This document shows, piece by piece, positions 40,493 through 52,130 of a stretch of 64,000 bases of DNA. Origin of the DNA: an uncultured Acidobacteriota bacterium (GTDB lineage Bacteria; Acidobacteriota; UBA6911). Each line of letters opens with the position of its first letter. The stretch's first letter is position 1. The position numbers and the translations under genes were made by a program. Where the stretch lies: contig CAWEJX010000006.1 of NCBI GenBank assembly GCA_963809485.1, positions 288,001 through 352,000 on the forward strand, in the 5' to 3' direction. The notes under the pieces are model-generated. The model was not told the origin of the DNA and ran no database searches. It saw only the letters and a program-made list of their open reading frames with translations.

Positions 40493-40893
40493 GCCGTTAC
40501 CAGGATCATCCATTGCACGCCGAAGCGATCCACGACCATGCCGAAAAGAGGGGAATAGAAAGTTTGAGCCAGAGGCATCCGGATTTTTCCGCCTTCGGCG
40601 AGGGCTTGAAACATGCGTGAAGCCTGGGCTTCGCTTGCCAGTGCCAGTGTGAGGGAAAAGCCCTGGAAATTCGGTAGCCCGCTGCAGAGGCCATCTGAAA
40701 CCATGACGGTTGTTTCCCCGATGCGGAGATTGGCATGCATGATTTTATCCTCCGTTCCCGGGCGGCTTGAGTCCCGGTCGGGATTGTCTTTGTAACGCAG
40801 GAGCGCAGTGACCTCGGCGCCCAGCGCGTCACGGTAGAATTCAATAGCTTCGTCGCAGCGGCCCTCGAAGAACAGGTAGGGTTCAATTTTCAT
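40489..40893 (-). CDS. VOC/PhnB family protein
   Basis: PYLFFEGRCDEAIEFY, IMHA, DRFGVQW. Confidence 0.92.
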   Translation of the reverse strand: MKIEPYLFFEGRCDEAIEFYRDALGAEVTALLRYKDNPDRDSSRPGTEDKIMHANLRIGETTVMVSDGLCSGLPNFQGFSLTLALASEAQASRMFQALAEGGKIRMPLAQTFYSPLFGMVVDRFGVQWMILVTA

Positions 40894-41160
40894 GGATTTT
40901 TCCCCCCAATCTTATCTTGAATATCACACGGCATGGAAGAGGTGTCAATTTCGGGCAGGCAGAACTCGCAGGAATTGCCGGTCAGTTCCTGGCGACTAAG
41001 GCGCGCAGCGGCGAATATCCTTGAGAGAATCACCATCGAAAAATCCTCCGCGGTGCCCGGAACCTGGTTTTGTTAAGGCAATGCCGGGTATCTTTCGAGT
41101 AGGCTATTCTTCAGACCATGGCCGTTATCTCTGGAGAGCGTCGCCCTCAACTGGGGCCGA

Positions 41161-41568
41161 TCAGCAGCGGCAAATCGAAAGGCCGCAGTTGTTGTATCGA
41201 GCCCGGACTGCCGGGATTTTCAGGATTCGTTCCGTCTCTGCATCGTCGGCCATGGAATGCCCCAGCATATCCACCCAGAAATCCACCCAATTGTGGCCGC
41301 TTGAGGCGTCGGTTGAGGTCAGTGCCGCCTCCAGTTCCGAAAGATCGCACCCCACTTCACATACTGAAAAGCAACCCGATGCAATCTTGATGCGTGCATT
41401 CTCCAGCAAACGGTCTGCTTCGCCGGGCAGCGTGACATGCCGCAAATGCAGGGCATCGCGCCAGCCGGCCAGTACAGCCCAACGCAATCCAAATTGCTTC
41501 AGCACTGCTTCTTCAAGTACGCCCGCATCTTCGCCGCTTTTCTGATTTTCCATTCCCATGGCGCCCAT
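41161..41568 (-). CDS. Cys-rich hypothetical protein downstream of the response regulator
   Basis: AGAAAGG RBS; CFSVCEVGC and C-terminal CGLSICRC. Confidence 0.7.
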   Translation of the reverse strand: MGAMGMENQKSGEDAGVLEEAVLKQFGLRWAVLAGWRDALHLRHVTLPGEADRLLENARIKIASGCFSVCEVGCDLSELEAALTSTDASSGHNWVDFWVDMLGHSMADDAETERILKIPAVRARYNNCGLSICRC

Positions 41569-41631
41569 TCCTTTCTGAGCAATACCTATATACCGCTCTT
41601 CCTGCCGACATTCGCCTCGTGCCGGCGAATC

Positions 41632-42300
41632 TCACGGCCAGGATTCAAGATTGATGAGACCGCGCTTCAAGGCATACTTCACCAATGCCGTGACATCGTG
41701 CAGATCGAGCTTGCGCATGATATTGGTGCGGTGTGTGTCAACGGTTTTTCTGCCGAGTCCCAGGAGATCGGCGATCTGCTGGTTGGTGTGGCCTTCCGCG
41801 ATGAGCTTCAGGACTTCGGACTCACGGGCGGTGAGTGCCGAACCGGAGTCCCCATGTTCGCTGGACCGGGTTCTGCGAACGTAATCCTTGATGAGTTTCG
41901 CTGCAACCGCAGGGTGTAGAGCCGATCCCCCTTTGTCCACTTCCCGAATGGCGCGCAGGAGGTCATCGCTCGCCGCACGCTTGAGAACATACCCGGATGC
42001 TCCCGCTTTGAGAATTTGACGAATATATTCCTCATCGTCGTACATGCTTAAAATGAGCACTTTGATATCCGGGTGCCTGTCGTGCAGTTGCTGGGCAGCC
42101 TGCATACCATTCATGCCGGGCATGATCAGATCCATCACGATGATGTCCGGCGAGATTTTTGCGGCCAGCTCGATCGCCTGTGCGCCATCGCAAGCCTCTC
42201 CTACAACTTCCATATCCGGCTCTGCTGAAAGCAGGGCGCGGATTCCTTCCCGAAAAATGGTGTGGTCGTCAACGAGCAGCACCTTGATCATAGGGTTCAT
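41632..42300 (-). CDS. NarL/LuxR-family response regulator
   Basis: VDDH, MDLIMP, GYVLK, LTARESEVL HTH. Confidence 0.95.
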   Translation of the reverse strand: MNPMIKVLLVDDHTIFREGIRALLSAEPDMEVVGEACDGAQAIELAAKISPDIIVMDLIMPGMNGMQAAQQLHDRHPDIKVLILSMYDDEEYIRQILKAGASGYVLKRAASDDLLRAIREVDKGGSALHPAVAAKLIKDYVRRTRSSEHGDSGSALTARESEVLKLIAEGHTNQQIADLLGLGRKTVDTHRTNIMRKLDLHDVTALVKYALKRGLINLESWP

Positions 42301-43370
42301 GCCTCGCATGGCATGGAATTGTGTCCCGCGATAGGAACCACGATGTTGAGCTGCGTTCCCATGCCTGTTTCCGATTTTATAGTTAGAGTTCCCTTTGCCA
42401 GTTTGACCCGTTCCCTGATGGTATGAAGCCCCAGGCCTCCGCCTTTTTTGTCGCTCAGGATCACCGAATCCGGATTGAAGCCCTGTCCATTGTCTGCAAT
42501 CGCCAGCACGGCATACTCCGGCCTAATTTCGAGTTTTATGGAAACACGGGTTGCATGGGCATGACGGAGCACATTCGCCAGCGCTTCCTGGGCGATGCGA
42601 TAAAGAGCAGTTTCGATGTTCAGCGGCGCCCGAAGCGCCGCATCCTCGAAATCGGCATCAACAACGAGTCCCGTTCCTGCCAGGTGGGTCTTGATGTACC
42701 AGCGCAAGGTCGGCACCAGACCCAGATCATCCAGCATGACCGGCCTGAGGTCGTAGACACAAATCTTGATTTGCTCCAGGCTGTGCTCGATGAGCTGCTT
42801 GACTCCGGCAAGTTTTTTACGGGCATCCACGGGATTGCTGCCAATGGCGGTATCGGCCAGCTTCAGGTTGACGAGAGCGGTGGCCAATGTCTGGCTGGTC
42901 TGGTCATGAAGCTCCCGGCCTATGCGCTGCCGCTCCGCTTCAATGGAGTTTAAAAGCTGCGTCGTATGCCACAGGGATTCATCCTCCAGGCGGTCAATCG
43001 CATCACGGACAGAACGGATGACGCCGCCGATTGCGGGATCGGAATCCGAGCGGGCAACGATAGATGGGGATATCCCCTGATGAATCGATTCCACGGCTTT
43101 TCGGAATTCCGTGAGCGGACGGAAATAGTCGCGCATTATCAGGTAACCCGAAGTTATGGACACAGCAGAACCTGCAGCCCCCAGCACGACAATAAGGACA
43201 ATAGCCGGGAGGTCGTGAAGATGCCGGGAAAGCCAGACTCCGCCTACAGTTACTGAAACGATTATGAGTGCATTGGAAACCATCAGTTTGGCAGCCAAAC
43301 CAAGGTGTGTTGAAATACCGACCTCCAATCTAAGGCTTATACCGGATAAAGAATGAAAAAATCTTATCAC
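42297..43370 (-). CDS. membrane sensor histidine kinase (HisKA_3)
   Basis: ERQRIGRELHD, LRP..LDDLG, QEALANV, DNGQGF, GLGL. Confidence 0.93.
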   Translation of the reverse strand: MIRFFHSLSGISLRLEVGISTHLGLAAKLMVSNALIIVSVTVGGVWLSRHLHDLPAIVLIVVLGAAGSAVSITSGYLIMRDYFRPLTEFRKAVESIHQGISPSIVARSDSDPAIGGVIRSVRDAIDRLEDESLWHTTQLLNSIEAERQRIGRELHDQTSQTLATALVNLKLADTAIGSNPVDARKKLAGVKQLIEHSLEQIKICVYDLRPVMLDDLGLVPTLRWYIKTHLAGTGLVVDADFEDAALRAPLNIETALYRIAQEALANVLRHAHATRVSIKLEIRPEYAVLAIADNGQGFNPDSVILSDKKGGGLGLHTIRERVKLAKGTLTIKSETGMGTQLNIVVPIAGHNSMPCEA

Positions 43371-43468
43371 AGGATGTTATGAAGATGCAATCTGTTGCGA
43401 TTCCAATAATTCATGGGATTATCGATCTGCTTCACCCGTACCTGCGATGGATGATTTATACGATATTA

Positions 43469-43499
43469 ACCCTACTAATAGAATAGGGTAAAAACCTTA
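43469..43499. promoter_or_regulatory. candidate response-regulator binding sites in the divergent promoter
   Basis: ACCCTA...TAGGGT inverted pair and TAGGGTA-AA-AACCTTA in an AT-rich intergenic region. Confidence 0.4.
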
Positions 43500-43592
43500 T
43501 ATTATTTATAAGTATTATTTGACAATGGTGGATTCATCATGATACACAAACTGAAAGAAAAAATTTCTCAACACCCGCTCACGGAGGTCCTC

Positions 43593-45403
43593 ATGCGAAC
43601 AGGCGTTTATTTCTGCCAGGTGGAGCAAATGGATGGCCTGAATCTGGATGCGGTTGCCAAGTATGCATCCAATCTGCCTGAAGTGGAAACCGTCGAGACT
43701 CTTGGCGTTCAACCTCGACTGGATCCCCAGTTGCTGGCGGAATCTTTGAAGCGCAGCCGGATCGAACGTGTGGTTATTGCCGGCGATCAGCCCGGTTATT
43801 TCAAACCGATTTTTACAAGATCCATGGCGCTCGCGGGACAGGACCCCACCGAAGTGCGCCTGGCTTCCTTCCGTTCCCGAGGGGCTACCTTTCAATATTC
43901 CCTGGAGCGAGCCAAGGCCATCGTTGCCTGTGCCACTATGGCCGTGCCGTATGCTCTCGCTGCCATTCCGGCGGAAACACCGGTCCATCCTTCAACCCTG
44001 ATCATCGGAGGAGGTGTGGCAGGGATACAGGCAGCCCTGGAGATCGCCGATGCCGGCAGGCAGGTCTACCTTGTGGAAAGAAGCGGCACCATCGGCGGCC
44101 ACATGGCCATGTTCGACAAAACCTTTCCGACCCTCGACTGCGCGGCCTGCATTCTGACTCCCAAAATGGTCGCCGTTGGCCAGCATGACATGATCAATCT
44201 CATCACCAACTGCGAAGTGACGGAAGTGTCGGGAGCCCCCGGCGCGTACCGCGCGAAAATTTTGAAAAGAGCGCGCCGCGTGGACGCCAAAGCATGTGTG
44301 GCCTGCGGCATTTGTTCCGATGTCTGCCCCGTAAGCGTTCCGAGCGATTTCGATGCCAACATAACAACCCGCAAGGCCATTTATGTGCCATTCCCCCAGG
44401 CTGTGCCGAATGCCTACCTGGTGGACGCCTTGAGCTGCACTTATGTCCAAAGCAAAAAGTGCGGCGCCTGCGCCAAAAAATGCCCGAAGGAGTGCATCAA
44501 CCTGGAGGAACAGGACGAGACCATGGAAATTGACGTCGGCAATATCATCGTGGCCACCGGCTACGACGTGCTCGACGCCGGCAAGGTCGAGCGCTACGGC
44601 TATGGGAAAAATCCCAATGTGCTCACGGCGCTCGAATTCGAGCGGCTGACGAATGCTTCGGGTCCCACGGGCGGGAAAATTGTTATGAAAACCAGGCAGT
44701 TCAATAAACGCCTGAAAAAGGACGAGTGGACATTTGACGTCTCAGGGCCTCCGCCCCAAAGCGTGGCGATCATTCACTGCGTCGGGTCGAGGGATGCGAG
44801 CTACAACCCCTATTGCTCCCGGGTCTGCTGCATGTATTCCCTGAAATTCGCCCATCTCGTGAAAGAGAAACTGCATGACGCCGCCTGCTATGAGTTCTAT
44901 ATCGATATGCGGGCGTTCGGCAAAGGGTATGAGGAATTTGCCGAACGGATCAAGCAGGAGGGAGCGTTTGTCGTCCGCGGGCGTTCGGCAACAGTGACGG
45001 AAACAGACGGCCGCCTCGTCGTCAAAGGCGAGGATATTGTGAACGACCGGCTGCTCGAGTTCCCGGTGGATATGGTCCTGCTTGCTGTGGGCCTGATTCC
45101 CGCGCGGGGAACCGAGGACCTCAGCAAACTGCTGGGTGTCACGCGGGGACCGGACGGCTGGTTCTCCGAGCTTGACTACAATGGAAATCCCACGGATACG
45201 GAGCGCGGAGGCATTTACGTAGCCGGGATGTGCCAGGCGCCGAAAGACATTCCCGATACGGTGGCTCAGGCTTCGGCGGTCGCCGCCGGCGTTTTGCGAA
45301 GCATATCGAGCGGCAAGGGAATGGGCATTGGGATACTCTCTCGCTAAGCGAAATCGAGGCGCGTGCCAAAAACCTGGCCCGGGTCTCCGACAAGCCTGCA
45401 TAG
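43593..45403 (+). CDS. hdrA: heterodisulfide reductase subunit A-like flavoprotein 1 (possible frameshift near 45330)
   Basis: IGGGVAG, DKTFPTLDCAAC, inserted ferredoxin, [22 protein letters not shown]. Confidence 0.92.
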
Positions 45404-45477
45404 CGTGCCTGTGTCCCGGATCGATGCTTTGATTGCGCGAATCTCAAGCAAACTGAAAGCGGCTCGAGGAGGTTACG

Positions 45478-46642
45478 ATGGCGATACGGGTGAATCCCAA
45501 GCTGATTGACGAGCTGGAGCGTTTCGGATCCGAGGATGTGCAGAACTGCTATCACTGCGGCAACTGCTCGGCTGTCTGTCCGCACGCGGACGACATGTTT
45601 GTCTTCCCGCGCAAGCCGATGCGTTTTCTGCAAATGGGTCTCGAGAAGAAACTGGAAAGGTCTCTGACGCCATGGCTCTGTTACTACTGCGGCCAATGCT
45701 CGGTGCAGTGCCCGAGAGAAGCCGAGCCCGGCGAGACCATGATGAGCATGCGCCGCTGGCTGATTTCCCGGTATGATTTTACGGGGATTGCCAGGCTCTT
45801 TTACATGTCCTGGAAAGGGGAACTGGCCTTCGTCGTCATCATCGCCTTGCTCACGGGCGCGGGACTGTCCGCCTATGGCTTGTCCAAGGGCGACATCGGC
45901 ATCTACGACGGCCCGGGAGCCTTCTTGCCCAGTTCCTTGATTCATATCGATCGACCTGGTTTTGATGGCCGTGCTGACCGTCTTGCTGGCCGTCAATATC
46001 ATACGGATGTGGCGATTCATAATGCAGGATGCCGCCAAGGCGCCCATTTCGTTTGGGCTGTATCTGAAGAAGCTCTATCTGCTGCCGGTGCATTTTTTCT
46101 CTCAGAAACGCTATGCCCAGTGCGACCCCGAAAACAAAAACAGCGTCCACTTCCCCTGGATCACTCACCTGGGAATCGTGCTCGGCTATTTCACGATGCT
46201 TGTGCTGATCATACTTTTTCTGGACCGTCTGCAGGCGGGTCCGGAAATCCAATGGCCGGTTCACGTGTTTGGCTACCTTGCAAGCATCGGATTGCTCATC
46301 GGGACCGTTTACGTGCTTTACGGCCGGCTGACAAAGACCCAGGTCCAGCACCGGCGCTCCCATAGCACGGATTGGATGTTCCTGTGGCTGCTCTTCTACA
46401 TGGTCGTCACCGGCATTATCCAGCATCTGCTGCATCGCGCCGGTTTCCCGGAGGCAGCCAATATTGCTTATGTCGCACATCTGATGGGCGTATTCCCCTG
46501 GCTGTTGAGGATGCCTTTCAGCAAATGGGCTCACATGATATACCGCCCGATCGCCATGTATATTGCGGGAATCATTCGAGAATCGGCAGCACTGGAGAAA
46601 GCGCCCCAACGTTCCACCCAGCATTTGCAGCCAGCCGCGTGA
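45478..46642 (+). CDS. QmoC-like protein: HdrC-type 2x[4Fe-4S] fused to a NarI-like membrane domain (frameshift near 45948)
   Basis: CYHCGNCSAVCP, PWLCYYCGQCSVQCP, multi-TM with His residues (ITHL, VAHL, FSKWAH). Confidence 0.85.
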
Positions 46643-46654
46643 CGAGAGGTGATC

Positions 46655-48376
46655 ATGCCAAATTCCAGGATAGGGGTTTATATCTGCAACTGTGGTACGA
46701 ACATCGCCAAACTGGTCGATTGCGAAGCCGTTGCCAGGTTTGCTTCCGAGCAGCCGACCGTCGCAATCACAAAAACCTATAAGTACATGTGCTCGAATCC
46801 GGGCCAGGAAATGATCGCGCAGGATATCCATGAGCATGCTCTTGACAGTGTGGTGGTCGCCGCCTGCAGCCCGCGTATGCATGAACGGACCTTTCGCAGG
46901 GTGCTGCAAACGGCCGGGCTGAATCCCTATATGTGCGATATGGCCAATATCCGCGAGCACTGCAGCTGGGTTCACCAGGATGCGGCTGCGGCCACGGAAA
47001 AGGCCAAGGCGCTGACCAAGGCGTCGATCCTGCGTGTGGAACGGCATGAGGCTTTGGACCGGTTCTCCGTGGATATGTGTCCCTCCACGCTCGTAATCGG
47101 CGGCGGTGTCGCGGGTATGACGGCTGCCCTGGAATTAGCGGAGGCGGGCTACCCGGTCTATCTTGTGGAGAAAAAAGACCATCTAGGGGGAAACCTTACC
47201 CGGACGGACTTGACGGCTCCGTATCTCGACTCGGCGCGGGACCTGGTTACCGAGCGTATCACGCGTGTGCAGGAGAACCGCAATATTGAAGTCCTGCTCA
47301 ATTCTCAGGTTAAAACCCTGGAGGGATTTGTCGGGAATTTTACCGCCGGCATCGAGCGCGGCTCCCCACAGGCGGACGGCAAGGACCAGATTCAGGTCGG
47401 GAATGTGGTGGTGAGCACGGGCTACAAGGAATTTGATGCCGCCCGTATCAGCCATTATGGATATGGGAAGCTGCCGAATGTGATCACGTCCTTTGACTTT
47501 GAAAAAATGCTCCGCGCCGGCCGCATCCAGACCAAAGAAGGACGGATCCCTCAGTATGTGGCGATCCTTCACTGTGTCGGGAGCCGCAGCCAGGAGTTTC
47601 ACGGCTACTGCTCGCGCGTCTGCTGCATGACGGCGCTCAAGTATGTCCACGAAATCAAGTCGGCCATACCCAAGTGCTATGTTTCGGACCTTTATATCGA
47701 CATGCATGCCTTCGGCAAAGGGCACGAGGATTTCTATCGCAAGACCTCGGAAGTAAAAACCGTATTCCTGATGTACGGAAAGAACGAACACCCGGTCATC
47801 CGCAAGGCGGATCCCAAAGACGATTGTGAAATGATCATCGAGGTGAACGAGAAGCTTTCGGGCGAGAGGATCGAGATTCCGGCGGATATGGTCATTCTCA
47901 TGGTCGGCATGGAATCGCGAGAGGATTCTGCGCAGGTCGCCCGGCTGGTAAACATCAGCCAGGACAAGGACGGATGGTTCATAGAAAGCCATCCCAAGCT
48001 CGATCCCGTGGCCACAACCACCGACGGCATATACATCGCCGGCACTTGCGTCGCTCCCAAAGATATTCCGGATACCGTCGCCCAGGCGCGCGCGGCGGCC
48101 GCCCGCATCCTGGGCAAGATCGCCAGAGGGAAGATCGAAGTGGATGCCGTATTTGCCGAAGTGGACGAAACCCGCTGCTCGGGTTGCCGCATGTGCAACG
48201 AATTATGTCCGTACAGCGCCATTGAGTTTGACGAGGAAAAGAGACGCAGCAGGGTCATCAGCGCCGTGTGCAAAGCGTGCGGCTGCTGCGTCGCATCCTG
48301 TCCTTCCGGCGCCATTAAAGGACGTCATTTCACCGACCAACAGATCTTCGCGCAAATTGAAGGGGTGCTGCTATGA
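46655..48376 (+). CDS. hdrA: heterodisulfide reductase subunit A-like flavoprotein 2
   Basis: [37 protein letters not shown]-terminal 2x[4Fe-4S]. Confidence 0.93.
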   Translation: MPNSRIGVYICNCGTNIAKLVDCEAVARFASEQPTVAITKTYKYMCSNPGQEMIAQDIHEHALDSVVVAACSPRMHERTFRRVLQTAGLNPYMCDMANIREHCSWVHQDAAAATEKAKALTKASILRVERHEALDRFSVDMCPSTLVIGGGVAGMTAALELAEAGYPVYLVEKKDHLGGNLTRTDLTAPYLDSARDLVTERITRVQENRNIEVLLNSQVKTLEGFVGNFTAGIERGSPQADGKDQIQVGNVVVSTGYKEFDAARISHYGYGKLPNVITSFDFEKMLRAGRIQTKEGRIPQYVAILHCVGSRSQEFHGYCSRVCCMTALKYVHEIKSAIPKCYVSDLYIDMHAFGKGHEDFYRKTSEVKTVFLMYGKNEHPVIRKADPKDDCEMIIEVNEKLSGERIEIPADMVILMVGMESREDSAQVARLVNISQDKDGWFIESHPKLDPVATTTDGIYIAGTCVAPKDIPDTVAQARAAAARILGKIARGKIEVDAVFAEVDETRCSGCRMCNELCPYSAIEFDEEKRRSRVISAVCKACGCCVASCPSGAIKGRHFTDQQIFAQIEGVLL

Positions 48377-48807
48377 GCTTCGAGCCCAAGATTGTCGGAT
48401 TCCTATGCAACTGGTGTTCCTACGCAGGAGCGGATCTTGCGGGAACAAGCCGCATTCAGTATCGACCGAATATACGCATTATCCGCGTCATGTGCTCAGC
48501 GCGCGTGGACCCCACCTTTGTCGTCAAAGCGCTGACTCAGGGCGCCGACGGCGTCCTCGTCTGCGGATGCCATCCCGGGGATTGCCACTATTCGGAGGGG
48601 AACCACAAAGCCATGCGGCGGTTCCCCCTGCTTCAGAAGCTGCTTGCCGACTTGGGAGTTGAAGATGAGCGCGTGCGCCTGGAATGGGTCAGCGCCAGTG
48701 AAGGGCAACATTTCGCGGATATTGTCAACGACATGACGGATCGCATCAAAGTCCTCGGCCCGAGCCGAATCCCCGGCGTGTTGCAGGCAGACAGGATAGA
48801 GAGGTGA
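48373..48807 (+). CDS. mvhD: MvhD [2Fe-2S] subunit
   Basis: [39 protein letters not shown]. Confidence 0.95.
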   Translation: MSFEPKIVGFLCNWCSYAGADLAGTSRIQYRPNIRIIRVMCSARVDPTFVVKALTQGADGVLVCGCHPGDCHYSEGNHKAMRRFPLLQKLLADLGVEDERVRLEWVSASEGQHFADIVNDMTDRIKVLGPSRIPGVLQADRIER

Positions 48808-48810
48808 ACC

Positions 48811-49777
48811 ATGGCGGAGAAAAAGCTACAGATCGCACTGTATTGGGCAGCTGCCTGCGGCGGCTGTGACGTCGCCGTCCTGGATACCAACGAGTTCATT
48901 CTCGACGTCGCCCAATTGGCCGATATTCGCCTGTGGCCGATCGCCGTCGATGGGAAATACAAAGATGTGGAAGCGATGCAGGACGGCGAATTGGATGTGA
49001 GTCATTTTTAACGGCGCCGTGCGCAACAGCGAGAACGAGCATCTGGCCAAACTCCTGCGCCGGAAAAGCAAAATTCTCGTCGCCTTCGGCTCCTGCGCGC
49101 ACATGGGGGGTATACCGGGATTGGCGAATCTGGCCAGAAAGGACGAAATCCTCACCCGGGCGTACCTGAATAATCCATCCATTGAACCTGGAAACCAGAA
49201 GACGCCGCGCCCTGAAACTCAGGTCAACGGATTCACATTGCATATCCCCCAATTCTACAAGCGCGTTTACAGGCTGAGCGATATTGTGGAGGTCGACTAT
49301 TTTGTTCCGGGTTGCCCGCCCGCGCCGCACCAGGTGAAAGCGGTCCTTCTTGCTATCGCCAAAGGCGACCTGCCGCCCAGGGGGTCCGTGGTTGGGGCCT
49401 CGGAGCTGACGGTCTGCGATGACTGCAAGCGCAAAAAAACAGAAAAGAAAATCAAACGATTCTACCGGCCTTATGAAATTATCCAGGATCCGGAGAAGTG
49501 CCTTCTCGAACAGGGAATTCTCTGCATGGGTTCGGCCACGCGCTCCGGATGCGGAGTTCGCTGCCCGGATACCGGACAAGGCTGCCGCGGATGTTACGGC
49601 CCCACTGCGAATGTCGTGGATCAAGGGGTGAAATTTGCCAGCGCGCTGGCCGCCATTATCGACAGCAAGGATCCGACAGAGATACAGGAAATTATCAGCG
49701 GACTGCCGGATTTTGTCAGCTTTGCTTACCGTTTTGGCATGCCGGCCTCTTTGCTGCAAAGGAGTTTGCGGACATGA
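48811..49777 (+). CDS. mvhG: [NiFe]-hydrogenase small subunit MvhG (frameshift near 49002)
   Basis: CGGCD, FGSCAHMGG, PGCPP, TVCDDC, CLLEQG..CMG, CRGCYGP. Confidence 0.9.
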
Positions 49778-51236
49778 CGAGAACCATCAGTATCGACCCT
49801 ATTACGAGGCTTGAAGGTCACGGCAAAATTGAGATATTTCTCGATGACGAAGGGGGCGTAAAGGACTGCTTTTTCCAGATCCCGGAACTCCGCGGCTTCG
49901 AGCGCTTCGTGGTGGGCAGGCCCATCGAGGAGCTGCCCCGCATTGTGACGCGAATATGCGGCGTCTGCCCGGCAAGCCATCATATGGCGAGCGCCAAGGC
50001 CGTCGACGGCTGCTTTGGCAACGAGGTGGCTCCCGTAGCGCACAAGCTGCGGGATATGTATTACCACGCTCATTACATCCACAGCCACATTGCCCACTTT
50101 TATGCTTTGGCGGCCCCCGATTTTGTTTGCGGCCCGGACGCGGATCCGGCCACGCGAAACATTTTGGGTGTTGTGGCAAAGGTCGGCCTCGAAATCGGCG
50201 GGTCCGTCATCAAAGCTCGTGCCATGGCCCAGAGGATTCAGCAGATTTTAGGGGGCCGTTTCACGCACCTCGTCTGGTGCCTGCCGGGTGGAGTCTGCAA
50301 GGGTCTGAACAAGGACGAACTGGAGACCATCAAGCCCATGGTCGGAGAGCTTTCGGCTTTTGCCGATTTTTCCATCAAGCTTTTCCACGATGTGGTATTG
50401 GCGAATCCCGCCTACGTGGACATCATTCTCAACGGGCCCTATACTCTTGACGTCCACAATATGGGCCTTGTAGATGAGAACAATGCTCCTAACTTCTATC
50501 AACGGCCAGGTCCGCGTCGTTGATTTCACCGGGCGGGAGATCTGCAAATATAAACCGGAAGATTACGCACAATATGTCGCGGAACATGTCGAGGAGTGGT
50601 CCTATCTGAAGTTCCCGTATCTGAGGAAGCGCGGCTGGAAAGGCTTCGTCGAAGGCCTCGATTCCGGCATCTACTGCGCAACTCCGCTCGCACGGTTGAA
50701 TGTCGCCGACCGCATGGCGACACCCAGAGCGCAGGAGGCCTTTGAAGAAATGTTCAAAACCCTCGGCGGCAAACCCTGCAAGGCGCTCATGGCCAACCAC
50801 TGGGCGCGGCTGGTGGAAATGCTGCAGAACGTCGAGATGCTGGAGCGCTATTGCGCCGATCCCGAGATCACCAGCGACAAGTTCCGCGTCGTTCCGCAAG
50901 GGCATTACGGGAGAAGGCGTCGGGATTGTGGAAGCCATGCGCGGCACTCTGACCCACCACTACACGTGCGACAAAAATGGCATCTGCAAAAGCGCCAATC
51001 TCATAGTGGGAACGACTAATAACAATGCTCCTATACAGATGGTTACCAAAAAGGTGGCCCAGGCTTTGATTAAGCCGGGGAAGGAACCGACTCAGGGGAT
51101 CCTCAACATGGTGGAAATGGCATTCCGCTGCTTCGATCCCTGCTATAGCTGTGCGACTCATTCTTTGCCCGGGCAGATGCCGCTTGATATTTCCATATAT
51201 GAAAACGACAAGCTGCGCTGGCATTTCAAGCGTTAG
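49774..51236 (+). CDS. mvhA: [NiFe]-hydrogenase large subunit MvhA (frameshifts near 50498 and 50898)
   Basis: IDPITRLEGHG, RICGVC (L1), EAMRGTLTHHY, RCFDPCYSCATH (L2). Confidence 0.92.
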
Positions 51237-51238
51237 CC

Positions 51239-51760
51239 ATGGAGACCACTTCCCAAACAAGGAATATTCCCATCAAAACCTTACTCCTCGGGATGGGGAA
51301 TCCCTATCTCTCGGATGACGCTGTGGGAATCCGTCTGGTCTCCGATTTCAGCCGGAGGCACGGCAGCATCCCGAATCTTGATGTCCTGGAAGAGTGTTCG
51401 ATAGGGGGATTGAATTTGCTCGATCTCCTGGAGAATTTCGAGCGCCTCATTGTTGTGGACTCCATCAAAACGCAAGGAGGGATTCCGGGCAACTGGTATC
51501 GTTTCACCGCCGGGGAGCTTCGCGAGACAATGAATCTCAGCAATGTCCACGACGCCAATTTCGCGACCGCTCTGGAACTGGGACGCCGGATGGGAATGAA
51601 GATTCCCGCTGAGAGAGAGACTCACATCTTCGCGGTCGAAATTCTTGAAAATCTGGTTTTCAGCGATCGTCTGACGGAGGATCTCGAAAAAACCTACGCG
51701 GTCTATTCCGAAGAAATTTTCCGGGAACTCTGCTCGCTGATCGGCATCAGGCCGCTTTGA
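51239..51760 (+). CDS. hydrogenase maturation protease
   Basis: LGMGNPYLSDDAVG, IVVDS, NVHD. Confidence 0.92.
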   Translation: METTSQTRNIPIKTLLLGMGNPYLSDDAVGIRLVSDFSRRHGSIPNLDVLEECSIGGLNLLDLLENFERLIVVDSIKTQGGIPGNWYRFTAGELRETMNLSNVHDANFATALELGRRMGMKIPAERETHIFAVEILENLVFSDRLTEDLEKTYAVYSEEIFRELCSLIGIRPL

Positions 51761-51764
51761 GCAA

Positions 51765-51860
51765 ACTGGCAAATCCAGCTCCGCTGGGGGGACTCACAGA
51801 GTTTGGCAGTTCCGGGATCCTTGAACGCCGACACACACTGACAAAACGCTGACGAACAGC
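51765..51860 (+). repeat. degenerate copy of the IS200/IS605-derived element left part
   Basis: TGGCAAA...GGGGGACTCACAGAGTTTGGCAG...ACGCTGAC. Confidence 0.7.
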
Positions 51861-51877
51861 TCAAAGTCGACACCGAG

Positions 51878-52130
51878 ATGCTCCGCCTCGTGACCGCCAT
51901 TGTGCTTGCGGCAGGCGCGCTTGCCTTCGGAATATCCTTCGGATTTGGAGCGAAAGATATCGTCCGCAATATCCTCGCCGGCTTTTACGCGCGGAAGTTC
52001 CTCCAGATAGGAAAGCCGGTCGAGATCGCGGGCCAGCAGGGAACGCTGCGGGCCATTACGGCCACGCACACGATCCTCGATTCCGGCGAACGCAGCGTCA
52101 CGCTGTCCAATGCGACTTTTTGGATCAGGT
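51878..52130 (+). pseudogene. mechanosensitive channel (MscS-like) fragment
   Basis: FGFGAKDIVRNILAGFY...VEIAGQQG. Confidence 0.7.

Noticed and set aside
48373-51236. Selenocysteine forms of MvhD or MvhA
   Set aside because: All ligand positions read Cys; the breaks are frameshifts, not in-frame TGA
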